DNA from: a virus
Lineage: Duplodnaviria > Caudoviricetes
DNA length: 64,000 bases
Virus record (IMG/VR): IMGVR_UViG_3300033062_002302
Reading direction: 5' to 3' (one strand)
Shown here: one piece after another, positions 31,045 to 39,551 of the stretch
How the letters are laid out: the number at the start of each line of letters is the position of its first letter
Numbering within the stretch: position 1 is the first letter of the stretch
Program-made: the position numbers and the translations under genes
Notes under the pieces: model-generated
Told to the model about the DNA's origin: nothing
The model's input: only the letters and a program-made list of their open reading frames with translations
The model's database searches: none

Positions 31045-31938
31045 ATGTTGCGAGCCCGTGGTGAAACCTTAGACGTTACTGATCAAGTTAGTCTTATCGT
31101 TCAATTTAAAGATAATTATGGCAATCCGGCTGATACGGATGCTTTGCCGACTATTTCTATTGTTCAGCCCAGCGGAAACGTCTTATTTACGCCTACGACT
31201 GCTGGAGTCTCTAAGATTGGAACTGGTAAGTATAATTATATTTTTACCATTCCATTAACCGGACCATATGGAGTCTATCAGGATAATTGGTTTGGAACAA
31301 TTAATGGAGTTTATGTTCAAGCTAGTTTTAGCTTTGTTGTTGTTAAAACAGATACTCCGGCAATCAATTTAGATGGTTATTATCATCTAGGAGATATTTA
31401 TCCACTAAATTATTCTCAAACAGCCATACAAAATATAAATAAGCTTTTAAGAGTTTTAAAAGCTAGATTAAATAGCTCTGGGAAGACTAAAAGAGATATT
31501 AATGGCGAAGCGGCTTATATAGACTGTGACATCTTTTCAATTGATACGTTAGTAACAATGCTTGGATCATCTATTTCAGATTTCAATCAAATTCCGTACT
31601 TTACGAGCTATACTTTTGATGATACTGATTTCATTCAGCATTTTCTTGAAGTCTTAGTTGAAGGAGCGGTAATTTATGCCTTGGCTTCTCAGGCATTGAT
31701 TGAACGAGGAAGAGAATTTCAATTTACGGATAATAGCATTAATTTTAATCCTCCAAGCATGGCGGAAATATTGAATAGTCAAGCGAGCAGTTTATTAACG
31801 CTTCATCTTGAAAAGTTGAAATTGATTAAGAATTCTATGAGAAGCGCTCCTTTAGGATTGGGTCGTTACGGCATGACTGATGGTATCAGTCCAGCCATCA
31901 ATAGATTAAGACACAGGCGCGCAGGGAAAATTATATAA
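31045..31938 (+). CDS. Putative head-tail adaptor (neck) with N-terminal Ig-like domain
   Basis: Helical C-terminal domain with 'DFN..P..T.Y' and 'F.DNSINF' in neck-gene position. Confidence 0.55.
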   Translation: MLRARGETLDVTDQVSLIVQFKDNYGNPADTDALPTISIVQPSGNVLFTPTTAGVSKIGTGKYNYIFTIPLTGPYGVYQDNWFGTINGVYVQASFSFVVVKTDTPAINLDGYYHLGDIYPLNYSQTAIQNINKLLRVLKARLNSSGKTKRDINGEAAYIDCDIFSIDTLVTMLGSSISDFNQIPYFTSYTFDDTDFIQHFLEVLVEGAVIYALASQALIERGREFQFTDNSINFNPPSMAEILNSQASSLLTLHLEKLKLIKNSMRSAPLGLGRYGMTDGISPAINRLRHRRAGKII

Positions 31939-32027
31939 TGATATCATGTATTTACCAAAAGACAGCTGTCTTGAGATTAATTATATCATGCTATTATTAT
32001 CACATAATGTAATAATAAGGACATGCA

Positions 32028-32648
32028 ATGATTGATAAAAAAAATTTAAATTTAGCAGTAAATTACTATTATAAATTGGCTCAAGGCTTTGCTAATCCTG
32101 AATACGCGGAGAATCTTACTAATAGCAGAATTAATTCTATTAAATCTGTTAATCCAAATGATTTAACTTCTTCTCAAGTTAAAGACTATGTAAATAGTTA
32201 TTTAGATCAAGCCTCTAAAGATTTTCAAGGCAAATTAATTACTCAAGATCAATATAAGCAAATTGTGGATGCTGGTGCAGCTAAAATAAAGGATGCGGAA
32301 ACTCCTGAGCGCCTTCCAGCACCAGCATTGCCCACGCCCAAGCCCAAGGCACAGAACAAACAAAATAGCCCGAAACAATGGGGCGGTCCTCTATTCATGC
32401 AAATTATTTCAAAAATTCAAGAGTTTTTAATTGACAAATTAGGACCCGATTCTATCGGAGCAACTAAAGTTGATGGTAAATGGGGTCCGAAATCTCAAGC
32501 AGCGTTAAAGCAATGGCTTTCCAGCAATGGTAAGTCAGGTTCCGGTTTATTGGATGAGCCAACTCTTATTATACTTAGCGATTTAATACCTGAAGTTAAA
32601 CAATATTATATTCAAACATTTGGCAAACACCCAACACTTGGGTTTTAA
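32028..32648 (+). CDS. Peptidoglycan-binding domain protein
   Basis: IQEFL...VDGKWGPKSQAALKQW...G.LD..TL (PG_binding_1 pattern) after a Pro-rich linker. Confidence 0.7.
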   Translation: MIDKKNLNLAVNYYYKLAQGFANPEYAENLTNSRINSIKSVNPNDLTSSQVKDYVNSYLDQASKDFQGKLITQDQYKQIVDAGAAKIKDAETPERLPAPALPTPKPKAQNKQNSPKQWGGPLFMQIISKIQEFLIDKLGPDSIGATKVDGKWGPKSQAALKQWLSSNGKSGSGLLDEPTLIILSDLIPEVKQYYIQTFGKHPTLGF

Positions 32649-33211
32649 CCAATAGCTAATTTATTAAATATTTTAACTTTATTTGTTAATTTAGAATGCT
32701 TTTTAACGTCTATTCCTTTTAAAGGAAAGGTGATGAAAGCTTTATCATCTCCATCAGCGCCACTCCATAGGACAATTTCTGTCACTGTAAACTCTAATGG
32801 GGCAAATCGGAGATCATCAATCTCTTCTTCGGCATAAGCTAAAGTAATATGGGGCTTATAATTTTTATAATTATTATTGTAGGCGACGTCAGCGTCATCA
32901 AAAGCAGCTTTAAGCTTTTTATTAACATCCCCAAGCTCCGCTGATTCTATTTTAGCGATAATTGGAACCGGATTATCTTCAAATCTAGGAAAACATGTTA
33001 TTTTAGATGTTTTAATTTTAAAAGGCTTAACATCTTCAAGAGCTTCATAAGCAGCTTCCATTGCCTTACAAATATCTTTAATTTTCCAATCATCTTCAAA
33101 ACAAACAATAGTTACATGTTGTTCATTTTCGGGAACCTTATCTCCCGGAATTTCCAAATGTCTAAATAATCTTGAAATGTCTTCCGCGATTTTTATGCCA
33201 ATAAATGCCAT
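32645..33211 (-). CDS. 2H phosphoesterase (2'-5' RNA ligase / Acb1-like)
   Basis: Two HxT motifs: QHVTIV and YKPHITLAY. Confidence 0.85.
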   Translation of the reverse strand: MAFIGIKIAEDISRLFRHLEIPGDKVPENEQHVTIVCFEDDWKIKDICKAMEAAYEALEDVKPFKIKTSKITCFPRFEDNPVPIIAKIESAELGDVNKKLKAAFDDADVAYNNNYKNYKPHITLAYAEEEIDDLRFAPLEFTVTEIVLWSGADGDDKAFITFPLKGIDVKKHSKLTNKVKIFNKLAIG

Positions 33212-33245
33212 TGTGATCCTATGCTATTATTTTGCTATATTCTAT

Positions 33246-33758
33246 ATGCCAGCCAAAATCTCCTTGAAAACATTAAAAAAAGTCCGCCCGGAGATTTTGC
33301 TGAGGCTCATTGAAAATGCTAAGACTCGTCTCAAAAAAGATGAAACGATGCAAAGAATTTGTAAAGAATATGGGCAGTCAATTGATATTATTGATTTAAT
33401 TCCGACTCGCTTTAAAGAGCTTGATGTTTCTGCTAAAACTGATCATGGAATTGTTTATTTGAACTATGCTTTGCTTGAAGACGGAGATTTTTCTAAAGAT
33501 TATTCTTATCTTATTCATGAATACTCTCATTTCTTTCAGCAGTGTTTTAATGCTAAGCCTACCAGAAGCGCGAACGATGGAGATTATTTAGAAAATCCAT
33601 ATGAACAAGAAGGATTTCAAAATCAGGTCGAATACATTGCCAATCATTATGGAGATGATGAGGCAGAAGGTTATGTTGATGATCTTCTAGATCATCATGA
33701 AATAACAAAGAAAACCGAAAAAGAAGACCTAAAAGATGTTCTCTTAGATAAAGTATAA
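33246..33758 (+). CDS. Zincin-like metallopeptidase
   Basis: LIHEYSHFFQ (HExxH) and YLENPYEQEGF. Start moved to ATG 33246 because the listed 33177 start overlaps the divergent gene. Confidence 0.7.
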   Translation: MPAKISLKTLKKVRPEILLRLIENAKTRLKKDETMQRICKEYGQSIDIIDLIPTRFKELDVSAKTDHGIVYLNYALLEDGDFSKDYSYLIHEYSHFFQQCFNAKPTRSANDGDYLENPYEQEGFQNQVEYIANHYGDDEAEGYVDDLLDHHEITKKTEKEDLKDVLLDKV

Positions 33759-33785
33759 TAGCTTCTAATAAGCTTGAATTAAGAT

Positions 33786-35351
33786 ATGGTTTATTACTTT
33801 AATCCGGTTAATCAAGGGATTATTTCTGCGGAAAGCAATGGAGATGGATATTCCGTTGTTTTAAAGTGGAATATCGCTTATCCGACCGTCAGGACTAATA
33901 AGCTCGCTTACCACATTTACATGTCTACCGAAGAAGATACGGTCTTTTCGGAAGGTGTCAAATTTATTTCTTTTGGAACGAGCACAACCACCGAAATTTT
34001 TGATCTTGAACCTGGGCAAATGTATCACTATGCCGTCAGAGCAATTGAATATAATGAATCAACTTTTGATCTCTCTCTTCCAACTCTAGATAATGGTTTA
34101 AAAATTTACCCTCAGAGTCTCCTCCGAGCCGATATTTCTGCTAATGCAACACTTATTACATTATTAGACTCTAGCGAATTTCCTATTAAAGGAATTGTTA
34201 AAATAGGAGTTGAGTTAATAAATTATTCGAGTAATGATTTATTAAATAATAATTTAAATCTTCTTAGTTCTGTTATTCAAAGAGGTTTTAGTAATACTAA
34301 TCCTAGAATGCATCAGACGGATGGTTATGATGGTTATAATACTTGGAGCCCTTACGTTACTTATACATTAGGTAGAGATGAAGAGGCAAATACTCGGATA
34401 TTCTCTATTCAAAATAGATTTGATGGTCAGTATACTTATACTGAAGATGATGGCTATTATCAAATTACTAAAGATATTTTAACGACCGATTTATCTGGAG
34501 CAGACGCTTCAAACATTAATTTTCCTAGTTATGATTTTGCTGGTTGGCATCGAACAGACCCGGCTGATTTATTTTCTGGAGCTTGTGTTGGTAGTTATTT
34601 TGGCGGTCAATCTGGATGTGCAGATGGCTTTACGGTTCGAGGATTATCTGTTCAGGATCAAAATAATCAACGTGAAGAAATGCTATTAGATATAACCGGA
34701 GAGGCAGTTTGTCTTCTTCGGAAACGTTGGACTGGAATTACTTGTTCATGCTATTTGCCATCTAATGAAAATGCAGACGCTCGATGTCCACGATGTCTTG
34801 GCGGCAAATTCATTATTAGTTGGGATCAATATTTTAATCCAAGACGTTCTGATGGGCGTATTATGGTTCGCTTTTCACCAGCAGACGATGAAGTCAAAAA
34901 ACAAGATTTTGGTTTAGAATCAGACTTTTCAACAGATTGTTGGACTCTAACAGTTCCAACTGTTAAGGACTGGGACATTATTGTTCGTTTTGATCAAGAT
35001 GGAAATGAAGAATTTAGATATGAAGTCATGTCTGTCAATCGGAATAAAACTTTATTTGGGTTGCAAGGCGCTCAGAAATTTAAAGTTCAAAGAATTAGAA
35101 GAACGGATACGATTTATCAGGTTCCTGTCTTCCGAGATACCTCGACTCTTCCGGCTAAAATGAACACTTCTATTAGTTCTGCTTCTGGAGTTGGACCCCA
35201 CATGCACGAATTTATTACAACAAATCAAGCAGTTGGCAATTTTGGTCAAATCACAAGCGTTTCTCAAGGTCATTCTCATCAAATCAGATATGTTAATGGT
35301 CAATTAACTGTTTTAGAGGTTCTCGGTCACACTCATACGTTAGTTTTGTAA
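33786..35351 (+). CDS. Putative head-closure/neck protein with FN3-like N-terminus, Cys cluster and HxH tail
   Basis: L.W...YHIY...DLEPGQMYHYAVRA (FN3); GE.V.L..KR.TG..CSC...CPRCLG; DIIV...RYEV..V; HMH/HSH/HTH at the end. Confidence 0.55.
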   Translation: MVYYFNPVNQGIISAESNGDGYSVVLKWNIAYPTVRTNKLAYHIYMSTEEDTVFSEGVKFISFGTSTTTEIFDLEPGQMYHYAVRAIEYNESTFDLSLPTLDNGLKIYPQSLLRADISANATLITLLDSSEFPIKGIVKIGVELINYSSNDLLNNNLNLLSSVIQRGFSNTNPRMHQTDGYDGYNTWSPYVTYTLGRDEEANTRIFSIQNRFDGQYTYTEDDGYYQITKDILTTDLSGADASNINFPSYDFAGWHRTDPADLFSGACVGSYFGGQSGCADGFTVRGLSVQDQNNQREEMLLDITGEAVCLLRKRWTGITCSCYLPSNENADARCPRCLGGKFIISWDQYFNPRRSDGRIMVRFSPADDEVKKQDFGLESDFSTDCWTLTVPTVKDWDIIVRFDQDGNEEFRYEVMSVNRNKTLFGLQGAQKFKVQRIRRTDTIYQVPVFRDTSTLPAKMNTSISSASGVGPHMHEFITTNQAVGNFGQITSVSQGHSHQIRYVNGQLTVLEVLGHTHTLVL

Positions 35352-35384
35352 TGGATAAAAACGTATTCTTAATGAAGAAATAAA

Positions 35385-37007
35385 ATGGGAAATTATAATA
35401 AAGGAATAGGATCATTAGGCGTTTCTCGCTATGATTTTCAAAAACATATTGAAGGAACTGATTTTAAACATCAAGCTTCTGGGATTGATCTATCAGATCC
35501 CTTATCTGAACTCGGAAATGCAACTAACCTTCAAGACGCCTTTGATAATCTCAATGATTACATAGAGATACTCAATAATGCTGGTCAAGGAATGGTCACG
35601 GTTGGTGACGGGTATGATACTTGGCATAATGCTGATGGTAATATTAATTATGATAATACTATTCCTTCTTTAAATCTTATATTAAAACCAATTTTTGATG
35701 CTATCATCAATAATACTGCTTTGCCTGCTGCTTACTCCAGAATCAAGCGAGGCGGCGTTATGGTCATCAAGGCAGGAACGTATACGGTTACAGATACAAT
35801 AGACGTTCCTGCGGGCATTACGATTCTGGGCGAGGGTTGGGGAACTAAGATTGTCAATGCGACTTCTCTTGACCTAACGATTTCTCCTCCGAATATTGAT
35901 ATGGGCGGAACGCCAAAGCCAATTTTTAGAGTCAAAGTTGATTCTAATCGTTCGACAAATGATACGGCTATTGATGCCAGCCTTTTTATGTTTAGTCGTC
36001 AAACCAAGATTGCAAATTTAGTTATTGCCGATAACTTTGTTGAAAACACTATTTTAGGCGATATTTACTATAAATTGCCTCAAAATAAAACGGGCGATAC
36101 GCCTTTGATTTCTCAGGAGGCTGGATCCAATCTAGTTCTTGAGAATGTCATGATGATTGGACGAGTTACATTTTCAAGCGGAAAAATTGTTAGTGCGGCG
36201 ACTCGCTTTGGAGTTCAACTCGATACTTCAACGGCTATTACAACTGGAACTTTTCTTCAATTAAATAAATGTTTTATGGACGGATTTTCTCAGCCAATTT
36301 CTTATTCTAATATTGGTGGTTCTGAAGACTTTTTAGAAGTTGTTAATTCTAGAATTAGAAGTCACGGCTATTTGGATGGATATCAAACAGAAAAAGAAAA
36401 AAATTGTATTGTTTTTTCTAATGGTTGTAATACTAGATTAGTTTCAAATCATTTCTTTGGAAATCATTCTTATTCAAGCACGATTTTATATATAAATGAT
36501 TTTATTTCAGGCTCAGTTTTTGGACAAAATAAAGCTAAAGTTTTAGTAGCCAGCAACGATATTGTTATTAATAAGGGAACTTCAACGATTGCAGACTTTT
36601 TTGCAGTTTATGTTAATCCAACTAATTTAACGTCTTCTTATACTAAGGCAACAATTCAAACATTTGGAAATCATTATCAACCACAATATGGTTTTGAGAT
36701 TGATTCATCTTTCAGAGTAAGAACGAATACAGTTTCTGGCAATTATACATTAGATGGTTATGGCGGCGATTATATTGTTTTAGTTGACACTTCAAGCGTT
36801 GCTGCGAATATTGATTTGCCGATTCATGTTAAAGGTCGGCAAGTTATTATCAAAGATATTTCTCAGAATTCATCTGTTAATAATATTACAGTTACTAGAT
36901 ATTCTAATACTGGAGAAATTGAAGGTTATGCTGGGGATAGAGTCTTGGCAACAAATGGCGCGTCTTGGACTTTGGTTAGTTCTGGAACCAATTGGTATTT
37001 AATTTAA
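35385..37007 (+). CDS. Fibre/spike protein with pectate-lyase-like beta-helix
   Basis: GGVMVIKAGTY.V...I.V..GITILGEG..T.I; C-terminal DYIVLVDTS..I.LP...GRQVIIKD module. Confidence 0.7.
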   Translation: MGNYNKGIGSLGVSRYDFQKHIEGTDFKHQASGIDLSDPLSELGNATNLQDAFDNLNDYIEILNNAGQGMVTVGDGYDTWHNADGNINYDNTIPSLNLILKPIFDAIINNTALPAAYSRIKRGGVMVIKAGTYTVTDTIDVPAGITILGEGWGTKIVNATSLDLTISPPNIDMGGTPKPIFRVKVDSNRSTNDTAIDASLFMFSRQTKIANLVIADNFVENTILGDIYYKLPQNKTGDTPLISQEAGSNLVLENVMMIGRVTFSSGKIVSAATRFGVQLDTSTAITTGTFLQLNKCFMDGFSQPISYSNIGGSEDFLEVVNSRIRSHGYLDGYQTEKEKNCIVFSNGCNTRLVSNHFFGNHSYSSTILYINDFISGSVFGQNKAKVLVASNDIVINKGTSTIADFFAVYVNPTNLTSSYTKATIQTFGNHYQPQYGFEIDSSFRVRTNTVSGNYTLDGYGGDYIVLVDTSSVAANIDLPIHVKGRQVIIKDISQNSSVNNITVTRYSNTGEIEGYAGDRVLATNGASWTLVSSGTNWYLI

Positions 37008-37014
37008 GGAAACG

Positions 37015-39051
37015 ATGACTTATTCTGGAAATTTAAATATAACTAAGCCAAACACTGTTAAAATACCAGCTGTTACACAATCTATTGTAACGCCTGAATG
37101 TCCAGAACCAAGCTTTGGCACGACCTTTGCGATGCAATATTATTACGATGATAATAATATGTATTTTGTTAATAAAAAAACAATTAAATCATCTATAGAT
37201 AGTATTATAAATGGAAGTTTGGTTGGTAATGCTCAAGTTGCCGGAACGTCTTACTTTTTAAGTAATATTTATCCTACTCCAATAAATGGATATTTTTATT
37301 GTTTTTCAATGCTGGACGAGACTTCTGCTGGCGTTGGAGGTAATATTTTACGCGCTTCAGTTGATTCTCCTTTGGCTTGGTATGATACTGGTGTTGTTTC
37401 GGATAGTAATGCTGTTAATCCAACAATTTATGAAGACGGATATAATATTTATTTGTTTGGAGGTTTAGTTTCAGGGGTAGAAACTGATGCGATCGATGTT
37501 GCGCCAATTGCAGACCCAACAAATTTTACCACATCTGTAAATACTTTACCAGCCGCCACAGCTTATTCTGCTATCACTGTCGCCGGATCTAGAATTTATT
37601 TGTATGGCGGATCCTCTAGCTCTTTATCGGATGCTAAAGATGAAATTTGGAGCGCTCCCCTTAGTGATCCAACAGATTGGACTATAGAGTCAAATACTTT
37701 ACCAGCACCTATATATAATGCAGCTATTTATAATGATGGTACAACTATTTATTTATTTGGTGGCATTGATCCGATGGGGCTTGGAATACTAGATACTATT
37801 TATTCTGCTCCAGTATCAGATCCTACTAATTTTACTCTTTTAGGCGGAACTTTACCAACTTTTATTGATAATCCTCGGGTTATTGCAAGTGGTGATTATC
37901 TTTATCTTTTTTCAAGCGCTTCTTCTACTCCGTATAAGGCAGAATTATCTGATTTACAAACTTGGACAACAACGGAAGTTACTCTTTCAACAGTTACAAA
38001 ATCATCTCATTTAATTCAAGATATTGCAAATAATAAATTATACAATATTGGTGGATATGACGCTTCTGGGTTGCCTCAAGCAGCTATTCAGAGTGCTGAT
38101 TTAAATAACCCAGTTGAATGGATTGATGAAGTCTCTTCTTTTACAACTGATATTGCCGGTGGCGAAGTCATTAAAACAAAAGATTATTATTTTATAGTTG
38201 GTGGCGAAGGTGTAACAGGTGGGGTTTATCAAACTTTAATTTCCGATCCTTTATCATTTTCAATATTACCTGGTACTGGACCAACTAGAAGTAATGGTAG
38301 GGCTTGCTTTATTGACGACCAGCTATTTTATTTTGGCGGGCAACAAGATGACGGATATGCCTTAGCAGATGTTAGCCGAGCAACTATTGATGGACCCAAT
38401 TTATATTGGAGAAATGAAGAGGCTGGAGATTTCAGCATAAATTTACCGATAGCCTTGACTCAATTCTCATTAATTGTCGCCGGTCCATATGTTTATATTT
38501 TAGGAGGTCATAGTGGATATTCTACTATGAATTCCAACATTTATAGATGTTTAAAAAATAAATTAGTTGCTGGACCGACTCAGGATTTTACTTGGGAAAA
38601 CGTAGGAACATTATCAACTCCAACCGTTGACGCCTCTGTCGTTGTTATTAACAATTTTGTTTATATTGTTGCAGGCGGAAATGATGGTTTCGGAGGACCT
38701 CAAGTCGCCTCAACTAAACAAATTACTTATGCTTCTCTTTCTGATTTAGCAAATGGTAAAGCTAATTTTACAACTGAAATTATTGTTGATACTATTGCAT
38801 TTGCTCAATCTAAAGCAATTTGTTTAAATGATGTAATATATTTTATAGGTGGTCGCGTGGCAGCGACTGGGTCTACTACAACCAATAAAATTTTTAAAAC
38901 AGACTGCGAAAGTATACATACTCTGATATCACAGAAAGTCCCGGAATTATTAGAAAGCTTACCAACAATAGACAATAATTCTGGTGCTTTGGGTACTTAT
39001 TCGTCCTTTCAAAGGACCGGAATGTTGCCATGGCTTGTAAGTAATAAATAA
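37015..39051 (+). CDS. Kelch-repeat beta-propeller protein (putative virion)
   Basis: About 11 repeats of (I/V)Y(L/I)xGG...W/F, e.g. IYLFGG, IYLYGG, LYNIGG, FYFGG, VYILGG, IYFIGG. Confidence 0.8.
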   Translation: MTYSGNLNITKPNTVKIPAVTQSIVTPECPEPSFGTTFAMQYYYDDNNMYFVNKKTIKSSIDSIINGSLVGNAQVAGTSYFLSNIYPTPINGYFYCFSMLDETSAGVGGNILRASVDSPLAWYDTGVVSDSNAVNPTIYEDGYNIYLFGGLVSGVETDAIDVAPIADPTNFTTSVNTLPAATAYSAITVAGSRIYLYGGSSSSLSDAKDEIWSAPLSDPTDWTIESNTLPAPIYNAAIYNDGTTIYLFGGIDPMGLGILDTIYSAPVSDPTNFTLLGGTLPTFIDNPRVIASGDYLYLFSSASSTPYKAELSDLQTWTTTEVTLSTVTKSSHLIQDIANNKLYNIGGYDASGLPQAAIQSADLNNPVEWIDEVSSFTTDIAGGEVIKTKDYYFIVGGEGVTGGVYQTLISDPLSFSILPGTGPTRSNGRACFIDDQLFYFGGQQDDGYALADVSRATIDGPNLYWRNEEAGDFSINLPIALTQFSLIVAGPYVYILGGHSGYSTMNSNIYRCLKNKLVAGPTQDFTWENVGTLSTPTVDASVVVINNFVYIVAGGNDGFGGPQVASTKQITYASLSDLANGKANFTTEIIVDTIAFAQSKAICLNDVIYFIGGRVAATGSTTTNKIFKTDCESIHTLISQKVPELLESLPTIDNNSGALGTYSSFQRTGMLPWLVSNK

Positions 39052-39061
39052 GGAAATTAAA

Positions 39062-39499
39062 ATGGACCAGTTATTGATGACGTTGTTAAGTTGGCAATTT
39101 TTATTATTTTGCCTTGGTTTAGCGGCAGTAACTGAGGTTATCCGTCGTTTTGTTGAATACTTTGAAAAAGATGTCAAAGATTTGAAATTATGGCATGATT
39201 TAATTCTTCCAATTTCTCCTGTTTTCCTTGGCGCGTTGTTTGCAGGCTTTATTTCAATGTATCCATATCCAGAAGGAATTACATCGGCTGGAGCTAGGGT
39301 TATTTTTGGCTTAGTCTCAGGATTACTCTCAGGGTTTATTTACCGCGCTTTAAAAGCTTTTATTAAAGCATTTATTCGTGATAAGGGAGTAAATCTTCCC
39401 GAAGCAGGTCCATCTGATTATACAATTGATTCGGTTAGAGAAACGATTCGACGTGATCCAATTGTTCCAGACGTTGAAAATAAGACCGACTCTGAATAA
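39062..39499 (+). CDS. Holin-like membrane protein
   Basis: Three hydrophobic segments and a charged C-terminus. Confidence 0.55.
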   Translation: MDQLLMTLLSWQFLLFCLGLAAVTEVIRRFVEYFEKDVKDLKLWHDLILPISPVFLGALFAGFISMYPYPEGITSAGARVIFGLVSGLLSGFIYRALKAFIKAFIRDKGVNLPEAGPSDYTIDSVRETIRRDPIVPDVENKTDSE

Positions 39500-39551
39500 C
39501 CTTAATAAGTGTGAATAATATCACATTTTGGTACAGAATCGGAGCTAACTT

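Noticed and set aside
33177-33245. N-terminal extension of the metallopeptidase ORF
   Set aside because: Overlaps the divergent 2H gene start and the shared promoter region; ATG 33246 is more plausible
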